In this document: positions 51,868 to 61,522 of the stretch, in pieces
Position numbering within the stretch: the first letter of the stretch is position 1
Layout of the letters: the number at the start of each line of letters is the position of its first letter
Assembly (NCBI GenBank): GCA_964597815.1
Contig: CAZQZN010000003.1
Span: 8,519 to 72,518, forward strand
Direction: 5' to 3'
Length of the DNA: 64,000 nucleotides
Origin: an uncultured bacterium
GTDB taxonomy: Bacteria > Margulisbacteria > WOR-1 > JAKLHX01
Notes under the pieces: generated by a model
The model's input: the letters and a program-made list of their open reading frames with translations, nothing else
Databases searched by the model: none
Told to the model about the DNA's origin: nothing
Program-made: the position numbers and the translations under genes

Positions 51868-52625
51868 TGAACAAAATTAAATTGTTTGGTAAGAATTCTA
51901 TTGGAAGCTGGCTACAGATGCCTAACAGATATTCTGCTGAGATTATGGCAAAATCAGGATTTGACTGGCTTGCTATTGATATGGAACATGGATTAATTGA
52001 TGTGCAAAAAGCATTTGAATTGATTCAGGTAGTTGAACTTGCTGGTTCTATTCCTCTTGTGCGATTGAACGAAAATAATCCAAGCTTAATTCGCAGAGTA
52101 ATGGATGCTGGTGCAAAGGGTGTAATAGTGCCGATGGTCAATACAGCTGAAGATGCTCAAAAAGCAGTTGACGCAGTTAAATATCCTCCGGATGGGAAAA
52201 GAAGTTATGGCTTGGGACGTGCCCATGAATTTGGTAAAAATTTTTCTGAATATATCAAAACTATTAATACAGAAAGTATCGTAGTTGTTCAAATAGAACA
52301 TATCAATGCATTTTTAAATCTAGATTCAATATTAGGGGTTAAATCTATTGATGCGATAATCATTGGCCCTTATGACCTTTCGGGCTCTATGGGTATTGCT
52401 GGAAAATTTGATGATGATAAGTTTCAAGAGGCGGTCAATAAAATTATTGAAAAAGTTAAAAAACATAATATTGCTTTGGGGATACATATTGTTCACCCAA
52501 GTCTGGATGATTTAAAACAAAGAGTATCTCAAGGATTTTCTTTTATAGGATTTGGAATGGATACTATATTTTTATCAGATGGGTGTGCAAAAGCAATAAA
52601 AGAATGTAGGAAGATAATAAAATGA
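51867..52625 (+). CDS. HpcH/HpaI family class II (pyruvate/2-oxoacid) aldolase
   Basis: TIM-barrel aldolase family pattern (IGSWLQMP...AEIMAKSGFDWLAIDMEHG, GPYDLS). Confidence 0.7.
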   Translation: MNKIKLFGKNSIGSWLQMPNRYSAEIMAKSGFDWLAIDMEHGLIDVQKAFELIQVVELAGSIPLVRLNENNPSLIRRVMDAGAKGVIVPMVNTAEDAQKAVDAVKYPPDGKRSYGLGRAHEFGKNFSEYIKTINTESIVVVQIEHINAFLNLDSILGVKSIDAIIIGPYDLSGSMGIAGKFDDDKFQEAVNKIIEKVKKHNIALGIHIVHPSLDDLKQRVSQGFSFIGFGMDTIFLSDGCAKAIKECRKIIK

Positions 52626-53611
52626 AAATTTATGACCTAATGAGCCCGAAAGAAGAATATTATAAAGTTCTTAAACAAAGAGAAATAGATGGTATTGCTT
52701 TTTATGAGAAATACCATAAAGATTTTGTTTTAACAAATTGTCCCGCCTGTGGTGAAGGTGGCATTAATTCATTCGAAAAGTATGGTTTTGAACATAAAAC
52801 ATGCAAAAATTGCAAGACTCTATTTGTTTCGCCAAGACCAACAGATGAAATACTTTCCATTTATTACAATGAATATTCTGCACCTAAAATGTGGACTGAA
52901 TTATTGTTAAAAACCGATGTGCAAAGGAAAGCAATGCAATATTTGCCCAGAGTAGAAATGATAATTAATAGGATTAGAAATCTTGGAATTAATAAAATGG
53001 AAAGAGTTGTTGATCTTGGTGCTGGTTCGGGCGCTTTTTCAATCTGCTTGCAAAAATCAGGTTTTTTTGATGAAGTAATTGCTATTGATCTTTCTGAAGA
53101 GTGTGTTAAGGCTTGTCAATCCCAAGGATTAAAAACAATCCTTGGCTCTGTGGAAAATATTGAAGATGAATCGATAGATTTAATTTGCATGAATGATTTA
53201 TTTGAACATCTTTTTGATTGTTCCAAAATGCTTAGTGGGTGTTTTCGTGCGCTTAAAAAAAATGGGTTTATTTCAATTGCAACTCCAAATGGGGAGGGTT
53301 TTGATTTCAAAATAATGAAAAAGAATACAGTTAATATTACTCCACCAGAACATTTAAACTATTTTAATCCTATTTCAATGGAGATTTCTCTATCTAAAGC
53401 AGGATTTATGCCAATTTTGGTTGAAACCCCCGGCAAACTTGATGTTGAAATTGTATTGAGAGAGAAATTTTCTGGTTTTTCTTTATCGGAAAGAAACGAA
53501 TATATAAATTATCTATTAGAACAAGAAGAGCAAGTCATAAACAATTTTCAAGAATTTCTTTCTAAAAACAAACTTTCAAGCCATATGTTTGCAATGGCTC
53601 AAAAGAAATGA
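52622..53611 (+). CDS. Class I SAM-dependent methyltransferase with N-terminal Cys4 zinc ribbon (paralogue A)
   Basis: CPACGEG...CKNCKTLFVSPRP, SAM motif VVDLGAGSGAF, C-terminal SSHMFAMAQKK. Confidence 0.65.
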   Translation: MKIYDLMSPKEEYYKVLKQREIDGIAFYEKYHKDFVLTNCPACGEGGINSFEKYGFEHKTCKNCKTLFVSPRPTDEILSIYYNEYSAPKMWTELLLKTDVQRKAMQYLPRVEMIINRIRNLGINKMERVVDLGAGSGAFSICLQKSGFFDEVIAIDLSEECVKACQSQGLKTILGSVENIEDESIDLICMNDLFEHLFDCSKMLSGCFRALKKNGFISIATPNGEGFDFKIMKKNTVNITPPEHLNYFNPISMEISLSKAGFMPILVETPGKLDVEIVLREKFSGFSLSERNEYINYLLEQEEQVINNFQEFLSKNKLSSHMFAMAQKK

Positions 53612-53627
53612 AAAGAGGAGAAGAAAA

Positions 53628-54404
53628 ATGAAAATAATCGGTATTATTCCTGCGCGTATGGCTTCAAGTAGATTTCCGGGGAAACCATTAGCAAAGATAT
53701 TTGGAATACCTATGATCGGCCATGTTTATTTTAGAAGCAAAATGTGCAAGTTGCTAGATGAAGTATATATTGCAACCTGCGATAAAGAAATTGTTGAATA
53801 CTGTAATTTTATTGGTGCAAAATCTGTAATGACCAAGGACACTCATGAGAGGGCATCTGATAGGACTGCTGAAGCAATGCTAATTATAGAAAAAGAAATT
53901 GGGGAAAAAATAGATATAGTGGTTATGATTCAAGGTGATGAACCTTTGATCTATCCCGAAATGATTAGTGAAGCAGTTAGACCGCTAATTAAAGATGTAC
54001 AAGTCTTGGTCTCAAATCTAATGGCTCCTATAACAAAGGAGGAACAGGACGACCCTAATGAGGTAAAAGTGGTATTTGACAGAAATGATTATGCCCTATA
54101 TTTTTCAAGGGAACCGATACCTTCATGGAAAAAAGGTGCGAAAGAAGTCCCAATGTATAAACAAATTTGCATTATTCCTTTTAGGAGGGATTTTCTTTTG
54201 AAATTTAATGAGCTTATGCCTACTCCGCTTGAAATAGTAGAATCTATCGATATGCTTAGGATATTAGAACATGGTTATAAAGTAAAACTTGTTAGGACCA
54301 ATTTTCTAACTTACAGTGTGGATACTTTACAGGATTTGATGGATGTTGAAGAATTGATGAAAAATGATAATCTTTTTGAAAAATATAAAGGCCAAAACAA
54401 ATGA
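53628..54404 (+). CDS. CMP-ulosonate synthetase of the KdsB (CMP-Kdo synthetase) family
   Basis: MKIIGIIPARMASSRFPGKPLAKIFGIPMI and the QGDEPL motif. RBS agaggag. Confidence 0.75.
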   Translation: MKIIGIIPARMASSRFPGKPLAKIFGIPMIGHVYFRSKMCKLLDEVYIATCDKEIVEYCNFIGAKSVMTKDTHERASDRTAEAMLIIEKEIGEKIDIVVMIQGDEPLIYPEMISEAVRPLIKDVQVLVSNLMAPITKEEQDDPNEVKVVFDRNDYALYFSREPIPSWKKGAKEVPMYKQICIIPFRRDFLLKFNELMPTPLEIVESIDMLRILEHGYKVKLVRTNFLTYSVDTLQDLMDVEELMKNDNLFEKYKGQNK

Positions 54405-55384
54405 AAGAAGAAGAAATAAGAAAGCGCAAAATATTTAACAAATATCTTGAACTAGTTAAAGAAGACATTGATATGCTTTTTAAAGAAAAGAGCTTATTTG
54501 AAGAAATATCATGTCCAGCATGTGAGTCAAAAGAATATTTATTTCAATTTGAAAAATATGGGTTTAAATATGTGCTTTGCAATAAATGTGGTACTTTGTT
54601 TGTTAATCCAAGACCTACATTAAAATCCCTTACAGATTTTTATTCTTCTTCAAAATCAGGAGATTTTTGGGTGAAAGAATTTTTTCTTCCTGTGATAGAT
54701 GTGCGCAGGGAAAAAATATTTAAACCTAGAGCTGAATTAGTTTGTAATAAACTAAAAGAACCTAGTGGTTATGTGTGTGATGTTGGAGCAGGATTTGGAA
54801 TATTTCTTGAAGAGATTTCAAAATTATGGACAAACGCAAAAATGGTGGCAATTGAACCATCCATCCAAATGGCCGAAATATGCAGAGAAAAAGGTTTTGA
54901 AGTAATACCAAAAGCAGTTGAAGATGTTATAGGTTTGGATGGCAAATTTTCAATAATAACAGCGTTTGAACTTTTTGAACATCTTCAAAATCCAAGTGTA
55001 TTTCTTGAAAAGATATATTCTCTGCTTTCTAAAGATGGTAGTTTGATTATATCAACACTTAATGGAGAAGGTTTTGATATACAAATACTTTGGGAAAGCT
55101 CAAAAAGTGTGTTCCCTCCTCATCATCTAAATTTTTTAAACCCAGATTCCATTAGAATATTACTAGAGAGAAAAGGTTTTGTTGTAGAATCAATAACAAC
55201 TCCTGGACAACTTGATTGGGATATTGTAGAAGGTGCTTATCAAAAGGACGGAATTGATCCGGGAAGATTATGGAAATTAGTATCAAAAAAGGGAAGCAAA
55301 CAGGCAAAAGAAAAACTTCAAGAATGGATATCTCAAAATAATTTTAGTTCACATATGATGATATTTGCAAGAAAGGGAATATAG
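54401..55384 (+). CDS. Class I SAM-dependent methyltransferase with N-terminal Cys4 zinc ribbon (paralogue B)
   Basis: CPACESKEY...CNKCGTLFVNPRP, SAM motif VCDVGAGFGIF, C-terminal SSHMMIFARKG. Confidence 0.65.
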   Translation: MKEEEIRKRKIFNKYLELVKEDIDMLFKEKSLFEEISCPACESKEYLFQFEKYGFKYVLCNKCGTLFVNPRPTLKSLTDFYSSSKSGDFWVKEFFLPVIDVRREKIFKPRAELVCNKLKEPSGYVCDVGAGFGIFLEEISKLWTNAKMVAIEPSIQMAEICREKGFEVIPKAVEDVIGLDGKFSIITAFELFEHLQNPSVFLEKIYSLLSKDGSLIISTLNGEGFDIQILWESSKSVFPPHHLNFLNPDSIRILLERKGFVVESITTPGQLDWDIVEGAYQKDGIDPGRLWKLVSKKGSKQAKEKLQEWISQNNFSSHMMIFARKGI

Positions 55385-55385
55385 A

Positions 55386-56288
55386 ATGAAAGTTTTTATT
55401 TCTACAACTACATTTGCACAATATGATGAATTGCCATTGCAATTATTGATGGAAAAAGGGATCGAGTATCAAATAAATCCTTTACACAAAAAACTTACAA
55501 AAGAAGAATTATTATCTTTTGCAGCTAATGTGGAAGGACTCATTGCTGGCACTGAATCTCTATCTTATGATGTTTTGAAAGAATTAAAAAACTTAAAAGT
55601 CATTTCAAGATGTGGCACGGGGCTTGACAATGTTGATCTTAAAAGTGCTGATAAACTTGGTATTAAAGTTTTTAACACACCAGATGCGCCCACAGATGCA
55701 GTTGCGGAATTAACATTAGGATTAATGCTTGATTGCTTGCGTTTTATATCGAAAGCAGATCGCAACATTAGATCTGGTGCATGGGTTAAGCCAATGGGGA
55801 ATCTGCTGAAAGATAAAATAGTTGGTATAATTGGATATGGAAGGATAGGTAAAGCAGTTGCAAAATTGGTGCAATCTTTTGGTGCCAAGATAATAGTGTT
55901 TGATATAGCAAAAAATTCTGATGGTAAACTATTTGTTTCTTTTGACCAACTATTGAAAAGTTCTGATATTATAACGTTGCATATTCCAGCAATTGATAAA
56001 AAAATACTTATTGATGATAATGCTATTTCAAATATGAAACAAGGTTCTTTTTTGATCAATACTTCGAGAGGAGGCCTCGTTGACGAAGATGCGCTTTATA
56101 ATGCACTTAAAACAGGTAAATTGGCAGGAGCAGGAATAGATACTTTTAACCAAGAACCTTATAAGGGAAAACTTGTTGAAATTGAAAATGTGGTTTTGAC
56201 ATCACATATTGGTTCTTATGCAAAGGAGTCAAGAATAGAAATGGAAAAACAAGCGGTTAAAAATTTGCTTAAAGGATTGGGGGTATAA
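55386..56288 (+). CDS. D-isomer-specific 2-hydroxyacid dehydrogenase (PGDH/GDH-like)
   Basis: NAD motif GIIGYGRIGKAV, catalytic R...E...H region. Confidence 0.8.
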   Translation: MKVFISTTTFAQYDELPLQLLMEKGIEYQINPLHKKLTKEELLSFAANVEGLIAGTESLSYDVLKELKNLKVISRCGTGLDNVDLKSADKLGIKVFNTPDAPTDAVAELTLGLMLDCLRFISKADRNIRSGAWVKPMGNLLKDKIVGIIGYGRIGKAVAKLVQSFGAKIIVFDIAKNSDGKLFVSFDQLLKSSDIITLHIPAIDKKILIDDNAISNMKQGSFLINTSRGGLVDEDALYNALKTGKLAGAGIDTFNQEPYKGKLVEIENVVLTSHIGSYAKESRIEMEKQAVKNLLKGLGV

Positions 56289-56291
56289 AAA

Positions 56292-57158
56292 ATGAATATA
56301 ATTGTTTTTGGTGGAGCTGGATTTTTGGGTAGTCATGTAGCAGATGCATTGTCAGAAAAAGGTCATAATGTTACAGTTTTTGACCTTGTAAAATCCCCTT
56401 ATTTAAAAAGCAATCAATCCTGTATTATTGGAGATATAACAGATTTTGATTTTGTCAGAAAAGCGATTAATGGGCAAGACATAGTATATAACTTTGCGGG
56501 AATTGCGGATATGGATGTTGCCAAATCAAATCCTCTTAACACAGTCAAAACTAATATTTATGGGAATGCAGTTCTTCTTGAAGCCAGCAGATTGGCGAAA
56601 ATCAAACGTTTTATATTTGCGAGTACTCTTTATGTTTATAGCAAAGCGGGCTCTTTTTATCGCAGTAGCAAACAGGCAAGCGAATTGTTGATTGAAAATT
56701 ATCATGATGTTTATAATCTTGATTTTACAATATTAAGATATGGTTCTCTTTATGGGCCAAGAGCTAACGAAAGCAATTGGATTTATAAAGTAATAAAACA
56801 GGCATTGAATGAACGTAAAATAATAAGACATGGCGATGGAGAAGAATTGCGTGAATATATTCATGTCTTAGATGCTGCAAGATTAAGTGTGGATATTTTA
56901 TCTGAAGAATATAAAAACCAATATGTTGTGATATCTGGACACCAACAAATGAAAATAAAGGATTTAATGATTATGATAAAAGAAATACTTAACAATAAAA
57001 TCGAATTAGAATTTCTACCCGTAGATTCAAATGAACATTATGAAATTACTCCTTATGTTTTTTGTCCGAAGATTGCAAAGAAAATACAAAGCAATAATTT
57101 TATTGATTTAGGGCAGGGGATGCTTGATCTAATTACACAAATATATCACGAAAAATGA
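56292..57158 (+). CDS. NAD-dependent epimerase/dehydratase (SDR)
   Basis: FGGAGFLGSH and YRSSK (YxxxK). Confidence 0.8.
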   Translation: MNIIVFGGAGFLGSHVADALSEKGHNVTVFDLVKSPYLKSNQSCIIGDITDFDFVRKAINGQDIVYNFAGIADMDVAKSNPLNTVKTNIYGNAVLLEASRLAKIKRFIFASTLYVYSKAGSFYRSSKQASELLIENYHDVYNLDFTILRYGSLYGPRANESNWIYKVIKQALNERKIIRHGDGEELREYIHVLDAARLSVDILSEEYKNQYVVISGHQQMKIKDLMIMIKEILNNKIELEFLPVDSNEHYEITPYVFCPKIAKKIQSNNFIDLGQGMLDLITQIYHEK

Positions 57159-57805
57159 AAAAAACTAAAGCAATTATATTTGATTTTGATGGTGTTATTG
57201 CTGAATCAATGGATATTAAAGCAAAAGGCTTTGCCTTTTTATTCAAGGATTATCCTGAATATGTTGATGAAATCGTAAAATTTCATCTTGCTCATGGAGG
57301 AATGGGGCGAATCTCAAAATTTGAATACATTTATGCAAATTTTTTAAACAAACCACTTTCTGAAGAAGAAAAAGTAAAACTCAGTGAGCAATTTAGTGAT
57401 TTTGTTTTTAATGAGATTCTCAAATGTCCGCTTGTAAAAGGTGCAAAAGAATTTTTAGAAAAATACTATAAGGATTTTGATATGTTTGTGGTATCAGGCA
57501 CTCCGGATGAAGAAATAAAAAAAATTGTTTTAGAAAGAGGTCTTGAAAAATATTTTGTTGGAATATTTGGTTCCCCAAAGAAAAAAGAACAAATCAACAG
57601 GGAATTGCTCGATAAATATGGTTATTTGCCTCAGGAAGTTGTTTTCATTGGGGATTCTATAGACGATTACATTGGAGTAAAAGATCTCGGCATTAGGTTT
57701 ATAGGTAGAGTACAAAAGGATGATCCATTTAAGGGACTTGATATTGAGGGAAGAATTAAAGATATAACTGAACTAGAAAGAGTTTTGGGAATAAAAAATG
57801 TTTAA
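57155..57805 (+). CDS. HAD-IA family hydrolase/phosphatase
   Basis: Motif I IIFDFDGVI, motif IV GDSIDD. Confidence 0.75.
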   Translation: MKKTKAIIFDFDGVIAESMDIKAKGFAFLFKDYPEYVDEIVKFHLAHGGMGRISKFEYIYANFLNKPLSEEEKVKLSEQFSDFVFNEILKCPLVKGAKEFLEKYYKDFDMFVVSGTPDEEIKKIVLERGLEKYFVGIFGSPKKKEQINRELLDKYGYLPQEVVFIGDSIDDYIGVKDLGIRFIGRVQKDDPFKGLDIEGRIKDITELERVLGIKNV

Positions 57806-58451
57806 ATTGTTATCATATCCTTTAAGTGAAAAAACGCCTTTATATGGGGAAACAAAATCTGTTATTGTTGAAGCTGAAAAACAAATAAGCAAAGGTGATT
57901 CTTGCAACACATTTTATTTGAAATTTTCAAATCACAGCGGGACACATATTGATTCTCCAAACCATTTTTATGAAAATGGACGGTCACTTTCACAATATAG
58001 CATTGAGGAATTCATTTTCACGAAGCCGTTTTTGCTTGATATTGAGATAGGAGAAGGGCAGCTTATTACGTCAAAATTTTTGAAAAACATTCCAACATGT
58101 GATTTGCTTTTGATTAGAAGCGGCTTTTATAAATATCGTAATTTGGAAAAATACAAATTCAATAATCCGGGTATATCAGTTGAAGCTGCGAAAACTATAA
58201 GAGAAAACTATCCTGATATCAGAGCTATTGGAGTTGATTTTATTTCAATTAGTTCTTATTCTCACAGAGAAGAAGGGCGTCAATCTCATAGGATTTTGCT
58301 TGATCCCTGTTATCATAAAAACAGTCCGATTTTATTAATAGAAGATATGAATTTATCGGATGATCTTGCAGGGTTAAAAAAAGTTTTTGCTGTGCCAATT
58401 TTTTTTGAAGGAGTAGATAGTATGCCTTGCACCGTAATAGGGGAGTTATAA
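57798..58451 (+). CDS. Putative cyclase family protein (kynurenine formamidase-like fold)
   Basis: HSGTHIDSPNHF metal-binding motif. Confidence 0.6.
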   Translation: MFKLLSYPLSEKTPLYGETKSVIVEAEKQISKGDSCNTFYLKFSNHSGTHIDSPNHFYENGRSLSQYSIEEFIFTKPFLLDIEIGEGQLITSKFLKNIPTCDLLLIRSGFYKYRNLEKYKFNNPGISVEAAKTIRENYPDIRAIGVDFISISSYSHREEGRQSHRILLDPCYHKNSPILLIEDMNLSDDLAGLKKVFAVPIFFEGVDSMPCTVIGEL

Positions 58452-60224
58452 ATGAAACTTGTTGTGGATACGCCTGAAAGGATTGTTAATATAGCAGAAA
58501 AATTTTCTGAAAGAGATGATTGGGACTGGTGTTATTTTGGAATTGAAATGGATAGAAAGAATCATTTTTTTTTGAAAATGTCAGCGGGTAAAAAGCACCA
58601 CTATGCAAAAGAACTCAATTCAATAGCGCACAATCTAAAAACACCATTTTTAGATTGGATTTCACGATTGAATATGGGTCGCTGTGAAGATGTAATTTGG
58701 TGGAGCAAACAGTTACCATCAAAATCAGTGTGTCAGACGGATTTCTTCTTATTTGTCTGTTATTTTAATTTGGCAAAGAAATGGTTAACTACAAACCAAT
58801 TCGAAAGAACAAGATTAATTGCCGTTGAAGATCCTTTTCTGCTTAAAATGCTAAAAGATTCATTTGGAGTTTCAGAAAAGAACAGAATAGCTGAGAAAAT
58901 TTTAATAAAAAAATTTGTGATTTCTATATTCAAGTTTTTTTTTATTAGAATTTTGTTTTTATCAAAATATATAACGCTTATTTTTTTTGATAAACTGCGA
59001 AAAATAACCAACTTTAGAAAATATCATGATATGGTTAGATTCAAACCAGACATTTTGATTTATACATGGGTCGAAGAAAGATGTTTTAAAAACAAATCTT
59101 TTCAAGATGTATATTTTAATGATTTGGCGTCTTTATATTCGAGGAATGGATATAAGACCATGCTAGCGGTGCCAGTTTGGTTGTCAGCGCGCTTAAAGAA
59201 GCGCATACTTGATTCAAATGTGCATGTGGTTATATCGAGTTATTTTCTTAGTATTTTAGATTGTTTGAAAACCGTTTTAACTATTCCTCCTACTTATCCT
59301 AATGGTAATAAAAAAATTTTTTTTGGCGATGATTATACTTTATTATTTTCGAGGGAATATTTGCTTGAAATAACTTCAATGGCATTTTTAACAAACTTGT
59401 TGGAATATTATGCTTATTTGAATTATTTTAATAGTGCGAAAAAGATAAAATTACTTATTTACCCTTTTGAAAATCAACCTTGGGAAAAAATGTTGATTTT
59501 ATCATCGAGAAAATCTCGTGCAGTAAAAAAAATAGTTGCTTATCAACACTCCTCAATTCCAAGCTTGCTTTTAAATTATTTTATTGGCAAAGAGGAAGGA
59601 GCGCACATGCCTTTGCCTGATCAAATAATTGCTAATGGTGAATATCATAAAAAACTATTTTTTGCCTCAAATTACGAGGGGGTGGATATAGAAAATGGTG
59701 GTTCGTTAAGATATAAAGAAGTCCTCAAATTTGAGAATAAAAATGTTGTTTTATCTTCTAAAAAGAGAATATTGGTTCTGCTGCCAGGTGTATTATCGCG
59801 GGCAATGGAAATATTATACAGCATCAAAAGATTCAAGCAAAGAGATGATTATGAGATCTTAATTCGTTTACATCCAGACTTGCCTGTGGATAAAATAAAA
59901 CAATTAATTATTGATATTGGCGAAAAAGTAAAGATTGACGAGACAAAAAATCTTTATGAAGTATTGTCTCAGACGTCAGCAGTTGTCCATGCTGGCACGA
60001 CTGCAGCACTGGAAGCATATTATAAGGGATTAAAGGTGTTCAAATTCATGACAGAGCTAATTGATTTAGATATTTTGTCTGATTTGGGACTCGATCAAGA
60101 GGAAATAGAAGATTTTTCAGAAATTAGCTTCGAAAGACAAGTGCTATCTCACAAGGAAATAACCAATATTTTAGTAGAACCCGTAAAGGAAAAAGTATGG
60201 CTTTCATTAATTCAAAAAGAATAA
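58452..60224 (+). CDS. Hypothetical 590 aa protein. Possible GT-B / KpsC-KpsS-like ulosonic-acid transferase, based on an HP motif only.
   Basis: No recognisable family. IRLHPDLP motif in the C-terminal half. Confidence 0.3.
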   Translation: MKLVVDTPERIVNIAEKFSERDDWDWCYFGIEMDRKNHFFLKMSAGKKHHYAKELNSIAHNLKTPFLDWISRLNMGRCEDVIWWSKQLPSKSVCQTDFFLFVCYFNLAKKWLTTNQFERTRLIAVEDPFLLKMLKDSFGVSEKNRIAEKILIKKFVISIFKFFFIRILFLSKYITLIFFDKLRKITNFRKYHDMVRFKPDILIYTWVEERCFKNKSFQDVYFNDLASLYSRNGYKTMLAVPVWLSARLKKRILDSNVHVVISSYFLSILDCLKTVLTIPPTYPNGNKKIFFGDDYTLLFSREYLLEITSMAFLTNLLEYYAYLNYFNSAKKIKLLIYPFENQPWEKMLILSSRKSRAVKKIVAYQHSSIPSLLLNYFIGKEEGAHMPLPDQIIANGEYHKKLFFASNYEGVDIENGGSLRYKEVLKFENKNVVLSSKKRILVLLPGVLSRAMEILYSIKRFKQRDDYEILIRLHPDLPVDKIKQLIIDIGEKVKIDETKNLYEVLSQTSAVVHAGTTAALEAYYKGLKVFKFMTELIDLDILSDLGLDQEEIEDFSEISFERQVLSHKEITNILVEPVKEKVWLSLIQKE

Positions 60225-61522
60225 TTGATGCCTTCAGATACATATTGAGTCCTTATCAATTTGGTTTTGTAGTGGGGCATTATTATCTTGATAAAACCAA
60301 AATTGAAGAAGTAAAAGATATATTGTTTTCTAGTTCGAATGAAAAATTGCGACAAGACTATGAAAGAAAATTGGCTGGGCTTATTGGTGATGGCTATGTT
60401 GTTAGCTTTGCTGCTGGGCGAATGGCATTCTACACTCTGCTCAAAGTTTTGAAAATTGGTTATGGTGATGAGGTACTTATGACCGGTTTTACTTGTTCTG
60501 TTATGGTAAACGCTGTTTTGAGAGTAGGGGCAAAGCCGATATTTGCCGATATTGATCCTGAAAACTTTGGACCAGATCCTTACGATCTGGAAATGAAAAT
60601 AACTCCTCATACCAAGGTTATAGTTGCCCAGCATTCTTTTGGCATACCATGTAACATATTAGCTATTTCAAAATTGGCAAAAGAAAAAAATATTTTTCTT
60701 GTTGAAGACAGCGCAATTACGCTGGATTCCAGTTTTAACGGGGTTAAAACTGGAAATTGGGGTGATGCTGCTATCTTTTCTTCTGATCATTCCAAACCGA
60801 TTAATACATTGATTGGTGGCTATCTCTATACTAGAAATCAACGACTTTATCAAGCAATTTTAAATGCTTCTGTTGATTTGCCTGAATTGGACCATAATCA
60901 TAAAGTTCGGCTTTTTAATAGATTATTATATGAAAAAATTTTTTTTAATCCTAAAAACTATAAATGGGATAAAATATTTGACGTTTACAATTTAATAACT
61001 AGAAAAATTTTTGGACGCAAAAATGAACTTGTTTTTCTCGAGGATGATTATGATCGTCCGATTTCTGCTAATTATCACTATCCTGCTAAATTGCCATCTT
61101 TCTTAGCTAAGGTTGGAATGTTTGAGTTGGATCGTTGGAGTGATGAAAAAAATATACGGAAAAATATTTTGAAAAGATATTTGGAAGTGATAAAGGAGAC
61201 AAAATACGCTGAAACTATTCCGAAGGCTTATTTAGACGCTAATCTTGAAATTACACCTTTACGATTTGTTTTTTGTACTCCTGATGCAAAGGGATTGAGC
61301 AAGCAAATGGCTTCTTTGGTAGATATCAATTGGACATGGTTTAAATACCCGATAATCTGTTGTTCAAAAGGTCCAGAAACTATGGGATATGTTCCCGGAA
61401 GTTGTCCTAATGCTGAAAAGGCTGGGAAAATGATTATTAACTGGCCATGTGTTGTTGCTCGAGGATGGGAAAATAAATTGATTTCTGAGTTTGATAGAAT
61501 AATAAAAGGAGATCATATATGA
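60197..61522 (+). CDS. Divergent DegT/AHBA-synthase-fold PLP enzyme with N-terminal extension
   Basis: FSSDHSKPI PLP-Lys motif, FAAGRMAFY...GDEVLMTGFTC. 441 aa. Confidence 0.6.
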   Translation: MAFINSKRIIDAFRYILSPYQFGFVVGHYYLDKTKIEEVKDILFSSSNEKLRQDYERKLAGLIGDGYVVSFAAGRMAFYTLLKVLKIGYGDEVLMTGFTCSVMVNAVLRVGAKPIFADIDPENFGPDPYDLEMKITPHTKVIVAQHSFGIPCNILAISKLAKEKNIFLVEDSAITLDSSFNGVKTGNWGDAAIFSSDHSKPINTLIGGYLYTRNQRLYQAILNASVDLPELDHNHKVRLFNRLLYEKIFFNPKNYKWDKIFDVYNLITRKIFGRKNELVFLEDDYDRPISANYHYPAKLPSFLAKVGMFELDRWSDEKNIRKNILKRYLEVIKETKYAETIPKAYLDANLEITPLRFVFCTPDAKGLSKQMASLVDINWTWFKYPIICCSKGPETMGYVPGSCPNAEKAGKMIINWPCVVARGWENKLISEFDRIIKGDHI

